DNA from: Octopus vulgaris
Taxonomy: Eukaryota
Reading direction: 5' to 3'
DNA length: 64,000 bases
NCBI GenBank assembly: GCA_951406725.2
Contig: OX597835.1
Span: forward strand, 44,268,001-44,332,000
In this document: piece after piece, positions 46,851-58,982 of the stretch
Layout: every line of letters starts with the position of its first letter
How positions within the stretch are numbered: position 1 is the stretch's first letter
Made by a program: the position numbers and the translations under genes
Notes under the pieces: model-generated
The model's database searches: none
What the model was told of the DNA's origin: nothing
Seen by the model: only the letters and a program-made list of their open reading frames with translations

Positions 46851-48059
46851 AGAGTAGGGCGGCGGTGGCTGCGTGTAACGGTGGCTGCGCTGGTGTTCTT
46901 GATGACAGTAGTGCGATAGGGGTGTGGTAGGTGGCAGGTGGTAGGTGGTAAATGGTATTGATGCGTACAGGTGAATGGACTGATGAAGAAGGGAGGGAAG
47001 GAGGCTGGCAGGTGGCAGTGATGAGAGTGTGTGAAAGAGAGAAAGAGAGAGAGTGAGAGGGAGGAAGGTGTGTTTGTAGCTCGTTTGTGTAAATGAGCGA
47101 GTGTGTTGGTGTGTCTGTGTGTGCGCCTTTGCGCACGCGTGTGTGTGTGTGTGTGTGGATGTGTGTGTATGGGTGTGTGCTTGGCGTGTGTGTATTTTGT
47201 GTGTCTGTGTGAGCGCGTTTGAGCGTCAGCGTGTACATCTGTTCACACACACACACACACACAAGTTTATATAACTGTATATGTACATATAGATATATGT
47301 GCATGCGTATACACATATATATGTGTGTGTGTATGTGTGTGTGTGTATGTGTGTGTGTGTATTAGTGTGTATGTATGTATATATACAGATTGATAGATAG
47401 ATACATACATACATATATACATACATTTGTTTATATACACAAATGCGCGCGTGTACGCATGTATATGCATGTGTTTGTGTATTTACACGTATACGTTGGT
47501 ACGTGCGTGTGTGTGTGTGTATGTGCGTGTGTGTGTGTGTATGTGTGTCTGTGTGTGCGGGAGACAGAGAAACAGTGAGTGAAAGGTAGAGGTAGAGAGA
47601 GAGAGAAAGAGTGAGTGAAAGGTAGAGGGAGGGAGAGAGAGAGAGAAGGAATAATTCTACTACTGCTGGTGTTGTTGTTATTCTTTCCGTTGTTGTTGCA
47701 GTTGTTGTTGTTGTTGTTGTTGTATGCTACCTGGCAGGCAGGCTGGCTGGCTGGTGTGTTGGTCGGTTGGTTTCGTCGTTGATCCATTTTCCATTGCTGG
47801 TTGCGTGCTGCGTGTCGATGCTGTTGTGGTTCTCTGAGGTTCTTTAACCCCAGGTCTGCACCACCCCCAAATGAAGCAGACACGCGATCAACAACATTCC
47901 ACCCACGACCATCGCATCTAATTCCCTGTCTTCTGTTATATAACCCCACGTCATCCAATATATGTTGCAATTTATTTTAAGAGAGTAGAATCTGATTTGA
48001 GGGAAATCATTAGGTTGCTATTTCTAGCAGAGCCAGCAGACATGTAGAGGCTCTTTAGA

Positions 48060-48499
48060 TGGCTGGGTGGTAATAGTAGTAGTAGTAGCTTTAGTAGTAG
48101 TAGTAGGAGAAGTGGTTTTGATGGTAGTGGTGGTTGTGGTGGTTGTTGTGGTAGTGGTGGTGATTGTGGTGGTGGTTGTTGTTGTAGTGGTGGTTTTTGT
48201 TGTGGTGGTTGTGGTGGTAGTGGTGGTGGTTGTTTTGTTGTGGTGGTGGCGGTGGTTGTGGTTGCGGTTGAAGGCGGTAGCGGTGGTAGTGGAGATTGTG
48301 GTGGCGGTGGTTGTGATTAACTGTGACAGTGGTGGTGCGGTTGGTTGCGGGTGGTTTTGATGGTATTGGTGGCAGTAGAAGTGTTAGTGGTGGTGGAGCT
48401 GGTTGTGGTAGAATTTTTTAGGTAATATTAGTTGTGGTGAATTAGGTGGGTGTGGAGGTGCTGCTTCGTGAGATAGTAGTGGTAGTAGTAGTTGTTGTT

Positions 48500-48531
<32 letters not shown>

Positions 48532-48608
48532 TGTAGTAGTAGTTGTAGTAGTAGTTGTAGTAGCAGCAGCTGCAGTAATAGTAATCATCGTCGTCACAGT
48601 AGTTGTTT

Positions 48609-48673
<65 letters not shown>

Positions 48674-49260
48674 GTACTTATAGTAGCAGTAGTAGTAATA
48701 AAAACAGTGGTGTAAAGGTGGTAGTATTAATAGTAAAAGTAAAGGTAGTAGTTGTTGTTTTTGTGGTAGTAGTAGTAGTATTAGTAACAATAGTAGTAGC
48801 GGTGGTGGAAGTAGTAGTTACACTTTTGGTGTAGTTACTGAAGTAGTAATAGTTGTTGTATGGGTGGTAGTGCACGTATTACAGTAGAGTTGCCGAGTTG
48901 CAGTTGTGGTAGACGTTAAATATTGTTGGTTTGTACTGTTGTGGTGTTGGTAGTAGTTCTGGTGGTTTTGGTAGTAGTAGTAGTACTGGAAGTGTATATT
49001 CAATACTGTAACTGTTGTGGTGTGGGCAATGGTACAGGTGTTGTGTTAGCAGTTGTAGTAGTGTATTAGCTACTATATTTGATATGGTGTTGGTAGTAGT
49101 AGAGCTGTTACCTGAGCTACAGCAATTATTGTGGTGCTGGTAGTAGCATTTGCGGTGTTAGGTACAGTAGTAGTTGTGCTGTGTTAGCTATAGTAATTGA
49201 TGTAGTTTTGGCAGTAGTACTGGCAGTGTCTTAAATATTGTAGTATTGGTAGTAGACGTG
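48060..49260. repeat. degenerate (GTA)/(GGT)/(CTA)n mosaic
   Basis: Read directly from the sequence. Confidence 0.85.
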
Positions 49261-49359
49261 GTGTGTCTTAGTTTCTCTAATTCTTATAATGTTGTTCTTA
49301 TTTCGTCTCATATCAGATCTGATGAATCCCTAATTTCAGCATGGCCCTGTGCTAATCCG

Positions 49360-49660
49360 ATGATGTATGTGGTGAGAAGTTTGTTCCCCAACCACATGGT
49401 CCAGGGTTCATTCCCACTGCGTGACACCTAATTGGAAGTGTCCCCTACTACAGCCTCGCGCCAACCAAAGACTTCTTAATGGATTTGGTGGACGAAAACT
49501 GAAAAAAGCCCCTCGTATATCTATTTAGCTATCAATCTAGTTATCTGTGAGTGTGTATATGTTTCCCCTTCCCCCACTGCTTGACAACCGGTGTTGGTGT
49601 GTTTATCTCCCCATAAATTAGCGTTTCGCAAAAGAGAACAACAGAATGTATACTAGATTT
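49360..49660 (+). mobile_element. SINE family B, diverged
   Basis: gtggtgagaagtttgttccccaaccacatggtccagggttcattcccactgcgtgacacc...gcttgacaaccggtgttggtgtgttta. Confidence 0.75.
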
Positions 49661-49704
49661 TACAAATAAAAAAATAATAAAACGATAAAGTAATAATAAT
49701 AATA

Positions 49705-49918
49705 ATCTTTTCTTCTATAGGCACAAGGGCTGAAATCTTGGGAGAGGGGTTAAGTCGATTACATCGACCTCAGTATTTCACTGGCGCTTATTTCATAGAC
49801 CCCGGAAGGATGAAAGATAAAGACGACCTCGGCAGAATTTGAACTCAGAACGTAGCGACAGGCGAATACCGCTAAACATTTAACCCGGCGTGCTAACGTT
49901 TCTGCCAGCTCGCTGCCT
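49705..49918 (-). mobile_element. SINE family A
   Basis: Reverse complement of family A, ending tttctgccagctcgctgcctta. Confidence 0.85.
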
Positions 49919-49920
49919 TA

Positions 49921-50350
49921 ATGGTATAGGCACACACCAGAAAAGGTCACAGAAAACGAAAAAGCAACCATACTCCGGGATATGTCAATACACACAGATA
50001 GAGAAATTAAGGCCAATAGACCAGATATTGTTGTCAGAGATCATGAAGAAAAAAAATTGTTTCCTAATTGATGTATCAATACCAGCGGATGATAACGTGT
50101 CTCTAAAAGAAATGGAGAAACTTTCAAAATACAAAGACCTGGAAATAGAGGTAACCAGAATGTGAAATCTAAAAACAGAAACAATTCCTATCATAATAGG
50201 TGCATTAGGCATGATAAAAAAAATATTCATAACAAAAACACCAGGACTTACAAACACATATAACATACAGAAAATTGCACTACTAGGCACGCACACATCC
50301 TAGTGAAGTGAAAGTGAAGTGAAAGCACGCTATAAAAATAAAAATACTGA
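49921..50350 (+). mobile_element. R4/Dong LINE 3' part (REL endonuclease), same lineage as 21598-23262
   Basis: WYRHTPEKVTENEKATILRDMSIHTDREIKANRPDIVVRD...LIDVSIP...KLSKYKDLEIEVTRM. Ends in the (TAA/TGA)n tract at 50350-50798. Confidence 0.9.
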
Positions 50351-50419
50351 ATGATGATGATGATAATAATAATAATAATGATGATAATAATAATAATCAT
50401 AATAATAATAATAATAATA

Positions 50420-50463
<44 letters not shown>

Positions 50464-50502
50464 AATAATAATATAGATATGACAGGTTAGCTTATAATGA
50501 CG

Positions 50503-50568
<66 letters not shown>

Positions 50569-50592
50569 GTAATGATAATAATAATAATGATA

Positions 50593-50635
<43 letters not shown>

Positions 50636-50720
50636 TGATGATGATGATGATAATAATAATAATAATAATTATAATAATAATAACAATAATAATAATAATA
50701 ATTATAATAATAATAATAAC

Positions 50721-50799
<79 letters not shown>

Positions 50800-50839
50800 G
50801 GGACAAGTAGTCAACAGCGAAGGCTTCCGATTACCAGAT

Positions 50840-52590
50840 GGCCAGACATTAAAATCATTGAAAGGAGGAGAGAGTTATATGTATCTAATAGAATCTGACA
50901 GAATACTAACTACAAAAATGAATATGAAAATTGAGAGAGTGAACATCAGAAGGGTGAGGAAGGTAATGAAGTCAAATGTAAATGGTCCGAATCTAGTAAA
51001 AGCTGTAAATACTTGGAAAGTATCATTACTTATATATTCTACAGCTGTTGTAGATTGGACAAAAACTGAATTAGCAAAGCTAGACAGGAGAACTAGGAAG
51101 GAACTCAATATCAATGGAGGACTCCACCCAAGGGCAGGAGTAGCAAGATTATAGCTACCTAGAAAAGAAGGAAGAAGGGGGTAAATATCAGTAGAAGACT
51201 GAGTGGTGTTAGCTAGAGTAGATATAGACTCCTTTGTAGGTATTAGTGAAGAAAATTTATTAAAAGCTGCTAGAGTCACAGCAAGATATAGGGAAGCTAA
51301 ATAAAGTTGAAAACCAGAAAAAGAACAGAAATTATCTGACTGGCAGGAGAAGGCGTTGCATGGTAGATTCCCAACGATAGTTGCAGCAAATAGTAGTAGT
51401 TGTTGCAGAAAGGAAGGCTGAAATGTAGAGTTTGTTAGTAGCAGCACAGGATCAAGCATTAGGGACTAATTGGATAAAACGTCAAGATAGACAAAAATCA
51501 AGTAGATACCCAATGTAGATTATGCAAGTCAAAAGAGGAAAGCGTTACTCACACAGTAAGTGAATGTAGCATGCTGGTACAGAATGACTACAAGAAAACA
51601 ACATAACAATCTAGGTAGATTGTAGAAAGCTAGGATTTGAACATACTACGAAATGAAATGAACACGAACCTAGTAAAATACTAGAAATTAAGAAACACAG
51701 GATGTTGTGGAACATAAACATTCAGACTGACAGTGTAATAGAAGCTAGACGGCGTGATTTGGTAGTAGATTAAGAGGATAGAAAGTGCCAGATAATTGAT
51801 TTTACAATGCCAAATGATGAAAAAATTAATATGAGAAGTATCGAAAAAAATAGTAAGGTACCAAGACCTAGCTACTGAATTATAGAGATTACGGAAAGTG
51901 CGGGTAAAATGTATCCCAGTAGTTATAGGTGCATTGGGAACTATCCCTAAAGAGCTGAACAGGTGGCTAGAGGAATTAGGCATAAAACCCAGCTTCGTAC
52001 AGCTGAAGGAAAATAGTGTTATGGCGCTTATTAAGAAAACAGTGTTATTAAGGCAGCGAGTTGGCAGAAAGGTTAGCACGCCGGGCGAAATGCTTAGCGG
52101 TATTTCGTCTACCGCTACGTTCTGAGTTCAAATTCCACCGAGGTCGACTTTGCCTTTCATCCTTTCGGGGTCGAGAAATTAACTACCAGTTACGCACTGG
52201 GGTCGATGTAATCGACTTAATCCCTTTGTCCTTGTTTGTCCACTTTATGTTTAGCCCCTTGTGGGTAGTAAAGAAATAGGTATTTCGTGTGCCGTTACGT
52301 TCTGAGTTCAAATTCCGCCGAGGTCAACTTTGCCTTTCATTCTTTCGGGGTCGATTAAATAAGTACCAGTTACACACTGGAGTCAATATAATCGACTTAA
52401 TCCCTTTGTTTGTCCTTGTTTGTCCCCTCTGTATGTAGCCCCTTGTGGCCAGTAAAGAAATAAGAAAACAGTGATATTACGGACAGCTAGGATAGTTAGG
52501 AGGGATCTTGGCATGAAAGGTTACTTGCTGTAATCCAATAGGAGGGTTCCTGTAATCTGGGGTAAATTGTAGCCCGATGTTAGGATTCTT
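50840..52590 (+). mobile_element. R4/Dong LINE (further lineage), thumb to 3' end, interrupted by a SINE at 52051-52460
   Basis: NGPNLVKAVNTW...LDRRTRK...LHPRAGVARL, KALHGRF, AAQDQAL, CRLCKSKEESVTHTVSEC and IPVVIGALGTIPKEL. The sequence resumes after the SINE. Confidence 0.88.
52051..52460 (+). mobile_element. SINE family A, dimeric copy with TSD
   Basis: Two tandem units as in 28297-28713. Flanked by taagaaaacagtg(t/a)tatta at 52032-52050 and 52461-52479. Confidence 0.92.
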
Positions 52591-52635
52591 TTCTTTTCTA
52601 ACAGTCTGATCTGTTTAGTGTATATGAATATAATT

Positions 52636-53031
52636 TTAACCAGTTGAGCATGTCCCTTAATGGCTGAAGATATGTACATCACGAGCAGAAGTAGTGGGGG
52701 AGCATCATAATCATGTGCCGAGAGGAATGCTTCGGGGTTTGAATAATTCACCTCTGGAAACATGGGTGTTTCGTTCAACATCTTTAAACAACTCTTATTC
52801 AGGGACCTTTTGAGTGGGATGGGCTACTCGACCAGAAGAACATTCAAACTGGGCCCCACCTGCAAGGTCATGCGCTGTTTATCTTGATATGAGATCATTA
52901 TGTCGTGTACATATGGTTGTGATGCATGTGTCTGGTGTAATCTTATCAGACGGGTAGTCATGATGGATATAGTGGGTTTCGTATATTTTACCCCATGCTC
53001 CCTTTGGTGACATGCACTGCTCTCTCACGCA
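52636..53031 (+). mobile_element. family D retroposon, 5'-truncated
   Basis: Homologous to 13128-13620 and followed by (TAA)n at 53033-53103. Confidence 0.8.
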
Positions 53032-53103
<72 letters not shown>

Positions 53104-53106
<3 letters not shown>

Positions 53107-53369
53107 GAAACAATTCCTATAATAGTAGGTGCATTAGGCATGATAAAAAAATATTCAGACAAATACATAACAAAAACACCAGGACTTACAAACACATATA
53201 ACATACAGAAAATTGCACTACTAGGCACTGCACACATCCTACGCAGAACACTTTCCATACAATAACCATCAGAGCATCACAACAAATCACAGCACATACC
53301 CAAGGCACACAGAGCTGCGCTCGGTAGTGAAGTGAAAGCACGCTATAAAAATAAAATAAAACTACTGAA
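53104..53369 (+). mobile_element. R4/Dong LINE 3' end inside (TAA)n
   Basis: TETIPIIVGALGMIKKYSDKYITKTPGLTNTYNIQKIALLGTAHILRRTLSIQ*, then a 3' UTR and (aat)n. Confidence 0.9.
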
Positions 53370-54416
53370 TAATAATAATAATAATGTCGATTCCTTCGAC
53401 TAAGATTCTTCAAGACGATACTCCAGCATGGCCGCAGTCTAATGACTGAAGCAAGGAAAAGATAAAAAGTAAGACCATGCAGCCTTGCAACCCATGTCCG
53501 CATGCCCCATGTACCTAGAACTACATTAACGAGTGTGTCCTTCTTTAGAAAACAATGATATATAATTAAAAAAAAGGAATTTACCTCCTTCTAGTAGACT
53601 GAGCGCCAATATAGAGGGGGACCATTCGCTGATTGCTAGTAATGTGGATGCTTGCAGTATCGCTGAGGGTGTATTAACTAGTATGTTTGTTATAGTGTAG
53701 AGCCTAGTAGAGGTCAATCCTTTATTATCCTCAGCCCCTTACATTCCCTAATCTCTTCCCCTTAATACATCCCTTGCGGACGGAAAGACATCCCAAACAC
53801 CTTTGATTTCTTGTTTCGTTATCTTATAATAACAACAACAAAAAAGGAACCTACATGTATCCCACCGTAGCTGTTTTAACTCCTGTTTGGTGCCTTCCGA
53901 CCCCCTCACTGTTATAATGAGTACGCATCACAGAAAGGACTTCGAGTATTTAGGGAAAGTAATATATAAGAAAATTCATTGTGTAGCATTCACTTCTAGG
54001 ATAAATAAGGCCAAGCACTACGTTCATACGAATGAAAAAAATCTTCATTTCCAAAGCACAAGAAACAGAGGTTAATAAACTGTTATATTATACCAACTAT
54101 GCTCTACGGGTCAGAAACTAAGACAATATACGGAGCAAATGTAAAAAGAAATAGATGTCTTTAAGATGTGTTGTGGATGTTTCACAGATTGGAGAGAATA
54201 ATCTGGAATGACAGAATAAAAAGTGTTGCAAAGCTGAAAGTCGAAAGACATCAGTTGTTGAAAATCTAGTCCACATATTTTGGTCATACAATGCGTCATG
54301 AGTCATTGTTCAAAACCATCTCAAGAAGTGAGGAAGTGTGGAGAGGAAGCAAGCAAGAGACCGTCAAAGACTTTTGAGGACTGGTGGCGTCGACGAATGA
54401 GCTGGATACAAGAGCC

Positions 54417-55231
54417 GGATCTTTTCCTTTTGAACGGCACTTTGTAACATAATTTCTAGGTAACTAAAAAGTTTTAAACTTCGTATACTGGTAGAATGTG
54501 TTTATAAAACATCATTTTTTCTTCGCTTTATTGAGAAAATTCTATATGTTGTAAGATATTTCGTCTTTAATTTCGAGCATTTCGGCAATTTTAACCAATC
54601 GCTGACGTCCATTTAGGTAAATAACATTCTGTGCATAATGAATATGTAAGAAACAGATTGGATTTACTTACATTTGTGAAGAAAAAAGATACCCTTCCCC
54701 AACCTCTAACCCTAACCCTAACCCTAAATTTAAAATAGATTGAAATGCAATAGATTGATACTAGGATTATAATTATGGGTGATATTTTCATTCGACACCG
54801 CTAGAAAAAAATCCCGTTTTCCGTAGCGGTGTCGTATGAAATTATCACCCATAATTATAACCCTAGTATCGATCTATTGCATTTCAATCTATTTTAGATT
54901 TAGGGTTAGAGTTAGGGTTAGGGTTAGGGTTAGAGGTTGGGGAAGGGTATCGTTTTTCTTCACAAATGTAAGTAAACCCAATCTGTTTCTTAAAGGAGGG
55001 ACATATTCATTATGCACAGAATGTTATTTACCTAAATGGACGTCAGCGATTGGTTAAAATTGCCGAAATGCTCGAAATTAAAGACGAAATATCTTACAAC
55101 ATATAGAATTTTCTCAATAAAGCGAAGAAAAAATGATGTTTTATAAACACATTCTACCAGTATACGAAGTTTAAAACTTTTTAGTTACCTAGAAATTATG
55201 TTACAAAGTGCCGTTCAAAAGGAAAAGATCC
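54417..55231. mobile_element. 815-bp fold-back non-autonomous DNA transposon (GG termini, 8-bp TSD; Merlin-like by inference)
   Basis: Arms 54417-54803 and 54824-55231 are inverted copies. TSD caagagcc at 54409-54416 and 55232-55239. Internal (TAACCC)n/(TTAGGG)n. Confidence 0.93.
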
Positions 55232-55477
55232 CAAGAGCCTGGCTGATTGTATGCGTGCAGCAGCAGCAGAACACAGAGGGATATGCAGAGTCTTGGCAAG
55301 CTGACTCCTGGACATAAGAAGGACATCTCGCTCATGACATCACACAGTTTTCATACTAAACAATAAAGCACCTCCACTTAGGGGTTTGCGCGTCAGCTGA
55401 CTGATCGGAGGATCCCTATCATATGATACCCATCCTAGGGAGCACATGTGCTTTAGCCTTGACCTTGTGCAGAAAGC

Positions 55478-55532
<55 letters not shown>

Positions 55533-55732
55533 ACAGTAGGAGCAGTAGTATTGGTGGTGTTGGTGTGGATAGTACTTTTTGTAGGAGCGCTGTGAAAGAT
55601 TTGTAAATCTAGCAAACACAAACCGGAACGCGCCAGATAGCATATGTAACTGCTTTGAAATTCATCAAACTTCGTGGTCTCGTGGTAAAGATTTAAATAC
55701 TTTGGTGTTATTTAACTATAGATAGATATAGA

Positions 55733-56240
55733 TTGGCATCCGTCGGTTTCAAAAGACTATGGATCTACGCCTGGAGAATTTTGTGTTAGCAGCTGATGGC
55801 GGTGTAACGTCTACTGCGACCATATTGGCCCACACGGGAGTGGCAGTGTTGTATGTCGCGACTGTATTTGAAGAAGCTCTTTCCTGAATTTTGATTGCTT
55901 CCAGAGCGCTTTTCTTCGGTGGCAAGAACTAGTTTCTCTTCTCCTCGCACCATTCCGTTGCGAAGTGCGTCTCCATCGTGGGGTGATCATTTGCGATCTC
56001 TTTCCATCTCCAGAGGTCCAGATCTATTGACTTGATACCTCTCCCGCAGATGTCCTTCTAACGAAGGTGAGATCGTCCTCTGCCCCTTTCTGCCGATGGT
56101 AAATTCCCATACAGGAAGTCTTTTGGGATTCTCCCGTCCGGCATACGACATACGCGACCGAGACAGCTCAGACGGCGCTGTTGGAGTAGAGTGAGTATGC
56201 TGGGTGTCTTGGCGTGGTTGAGGGCTGCAGTGTTGGTGAC
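55733..56240 (-). mobile_element. RTE-clade LINE, 3' end
   Basis: The minus strand reads VTNTAALNHAKTPSILTLLQQRRLSCLGRVCRMPDGRIPKDFLYG, matching the RTE C-terminal motif RLxWxGHVxRMxxxRxPK. 3' terminus ...gatccatagtcttttgaaaccgacggatgcc. Confidence 0.85.
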
Positions 56241-57327
56241 TCAGTCAGTCTGTTTAACTAATATGTAAGTATTTCAATAATCCATGGACTTCACACGTGA
56301 GAACGAGAACCGAAAGAGTAACGTATATATTCTTATTTAACGCGTTCTAGATTTAAATGTGAATATCTCATCATTGTTGTTTTTCGTCGTCGAAGAACAA
56401 CTCGTCCTTTTAGAAGCGGTGTGTTCAAAATACACGTGATTCACCGGTGTAAGGTGGCCTCGAGACATCGTGGGATTTTGGCCCCAATCTGTGTCTCAGT
56501 CAAAGTTAACCCATCAGATCACACTACTACATCTTTAGAGTAAATTATTTCTTGATGCATGCACATGCTTGTCAAATTGATCATTCACGGGTTGTACTGA
56601 AGTGTTTCGACTGATGAGACGCAATAAGATCGAAACACAGAATTTCCTCGGGGTCCTCTTATAACGGTAAATCGCGTGTTTCGTCAAAACTAATAAGCAA
56701 CAGCGGTCAGACATTCACGTTTGAATCTGGCAGAAGTACTTAAGAATGAATAGAAGCGTAATTGACTAAATATCAGATAAAAATGCCATGAAATTTAAAC
56801 AACTCGTGGTTCCACTTTTGAGATAGAGAACTTTTAATATTGTTTGACTAAAGATGAAATTTTGATTATTTGAACCTGTGTGAATTTTGTATAAATGCAT
56901 GAATGCATTAGTTCAAAGTTGCTGATTGTTGTTGAAAACTTTCCATAAATGTTAACAAAAGTTGAAGAAGCCTTTAGAGGTCGGGTAGAAAAGCTATTTT
57001 GGAGCGTGTAAACATTATAAATAATTTAATATCTTTTAAAAGCCGGATAATTTTTGTTGCCAGATTTTTTTTAATTGAAGCATGAATACGTAGAAATGAT
57101 ACAATATTTCCCTCATTTAAAAACTGATTTAATATGTTTAAACACTGCCTGAAAGAGAAACCACAAAACACATTCTAAAATAAAACAAAATAAAATAAAA
57201 TAAAATAAAATAAAGCACGCTGAATATTCGAAATTTTATTGACAAAACTTTAGGTATTTTAAAAATAATTTCGCACACTCTAAAATGACCATCTTTCAAC
57301 TTTATACCTTCACAATTCTGTCTATGT

Positions 57328-57625
57328 GGAGGTACGTAGCTCAGTGGTTAGGGCGTTCGGCGGCACATTCGATTCCCGGCGACGCGTTGTGTTCTTGAGC
57401 AAAACTCTTAACTTCCCATTGCTCCAGTTCACTCTAATGGCGAAAATGAGTCGTACTTGTATTTCGAAGGGGCCAAACTTCTGTGTCCCGTTGAATCTCC
57501 TGAAGAACTACTTTAAGGGTAAGCATGTCTGTGGGCTTTTCAACCAGGTGCACATTAATTTCTCGAGCAGGCTGTTCCGTTGATCGGATCAACTGGAATC
57601 TTCGTCGTCGTAGCCAATGGAATGT
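57328..57625 (+). mobile_element. tRNA-derived SINE (CORE-like domain, tail type 2)
   Basis: tagctcagtggttagggc...ttcgattccc...gttgtgttcttgagcaaaac...ttgctccag. The tail gagcaggctgttccgttgatcggatcaac is shared with 31153-31533. Confidence 0.82.
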
Positions 57626-57664
57626 CAGGTCTATGAGAAAATCTAGTGTTTGGATATTGTTTTT

Positions 57665-57873
57665 AAAGTTTGGCACAAGGCCTGTAATCTTAAGAGGGGG
57701 GAGTAAGTCGATTTCATCGACCCCAGTGTTCAACTGGGATATACTAAGTCGATCCCGAAAGGACGAAAGGCAAAGTCGCCCTCGGCAGAATTTATACGCA
57801 GAACGTGAAGAAAGGCGAAATGCCGCTAAGCAATTTTGCCAGGCGCGGCGATGATTTTGCCAGTTCGTCGCCT
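57665..57873 (-). mobile_element. SINE family A
   Basis: Reverse complement of family A, diverged. Confidence 0.78.
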
Positions 57874-58140
57874 TCTACTATTCTCAACTCATGATGTGCC
57901 CCGGTGGTTAGTTCGTGTAAGGGAAATAATCATATCTGGATAAATCTTGGCCGGACCAAAAGTTTGAAGTTTAAACATCGACGAACAAGGAAAATACAAA
58001 AAAATACGTTCTATTATTTCTTCCCTTTTGCTTGTTCCAGAATTTGGACAACGCCCATGCTAGAGTTCCCCTTGAAGAGTTTAGTCGAAAGGATCGAGCC
58101 TAATACTTATTTTTCATTTTATTAATATATTTTGCTTATT

Positions 58141-58358
58141 AAGGCGGCGAGCTGGCAGAATCGTTAGTAGAACGGGGACAAGGCTTAGCGATATTTCGTC
58201 CGTCTTTACAGATCGGAGTTCAAACTTCGCCAAGATCGACTTTGCCTTTCATCCATTCGGGGTCGATAAAATAAATATCACTTGAGCATTGGGGTCGATT
58301 TAATCGACTTGAGCCCTCCCCCCAAGAAATTGCCGGCCTTGTGCTAAAATTTGAAACA
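58141..58358 (+). mobile_element. SINE family A
   Basis: aaggcggcgagctggcagaatcgttag...gactttgcctttcatccattcggggtcgataaa. Confidence 0.85.
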
Positions 58359-58456
58359 CATTATTTGATATGTTGTACTTATTAAGGTGTAGTGTTGGCA
58401 TTTCATCTGTCTTGACGTTCTGAATTCAAATTCCGCCGAGGCCGACTTCTCCGTTC

Positions 58457-58982
58457 GCGAAATTGTTTTTCCCCACAAGTGTTCCAGACCCCAGTAATGA
58501 ACTCATTTGCATACAGCCAATTAGAGCTTACCAAACACACTCTACCAAATAAGGTCAAGTCGAAGAACGGTGTTGTAAGTCGACCGATCACCGCCAAGTT
58601 ATGCCAGAGTTTAGAAGGCGACGAGTAATTAGATAGATTTGCATATATATCTATTATCGGATTTTGTTAGGGCCCCATATGGTAACGATGTGGATGAGAA
58701 AACAGTGGGTAGAGGGTGATGTGCTAGCAACCCTCTCCCATTACTTGTATTACAAAGTAAACAACACAAATAACAACGCAGAGGCAGCCATGGTTGGAAC
58801 AAGAACAAGAATAGGAAGCATTATTAAAAGAGAAAAGAAGCATGGTCATTCCTTACCCAAGTGACCTTATTGCCCATCACTTGTTTTGCGCTCATAAGTT
58901 AGTTTTATAGTTGAGCTCTGATTGGCTGTATGCAAATGAGTTCATAACTGGGGTTCAGAAGTCTCGTAGGAAAAAAAATCGC
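58457..58982. mobile_element. MITE with long imperfect TIRs and ~9-bp TSD (Mutator-like by inference), nested in a family A SINE (~58398-59086)
   Basis: Termini gcga.../...tcgc. Core inverted repeat ccccagtaatgaactcatttgcatacagccaattagagct versus agctctgattggctgtatgcaaatgagttcataactgggg. TSD tctccgttc/ttcccgttc. The SINE body continues on both sides. Confidence 0.8.

Noticed and set aside
46075-47316. 413-aa minus-strand ORF rich in Ser and His
   Set aside because: It is built from (CA)n, (TTC)n and (ATC)n tracts. Overlapping frames are also open and no domain is recognisable.
53526-53800. Possible Penelope RT remnant on the minus strand (RLYTITNI...FLFFNY)
   Set aside because: The motif similarity is too weak to support without a profile search.
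54591-55057. Pair of near-identical divergent ORFs (MKISPIII... / MKLSPIII...)
   Set aside because: They are a consequence of the inverted arms, and RVRVRV is simply translated TTAGGG.
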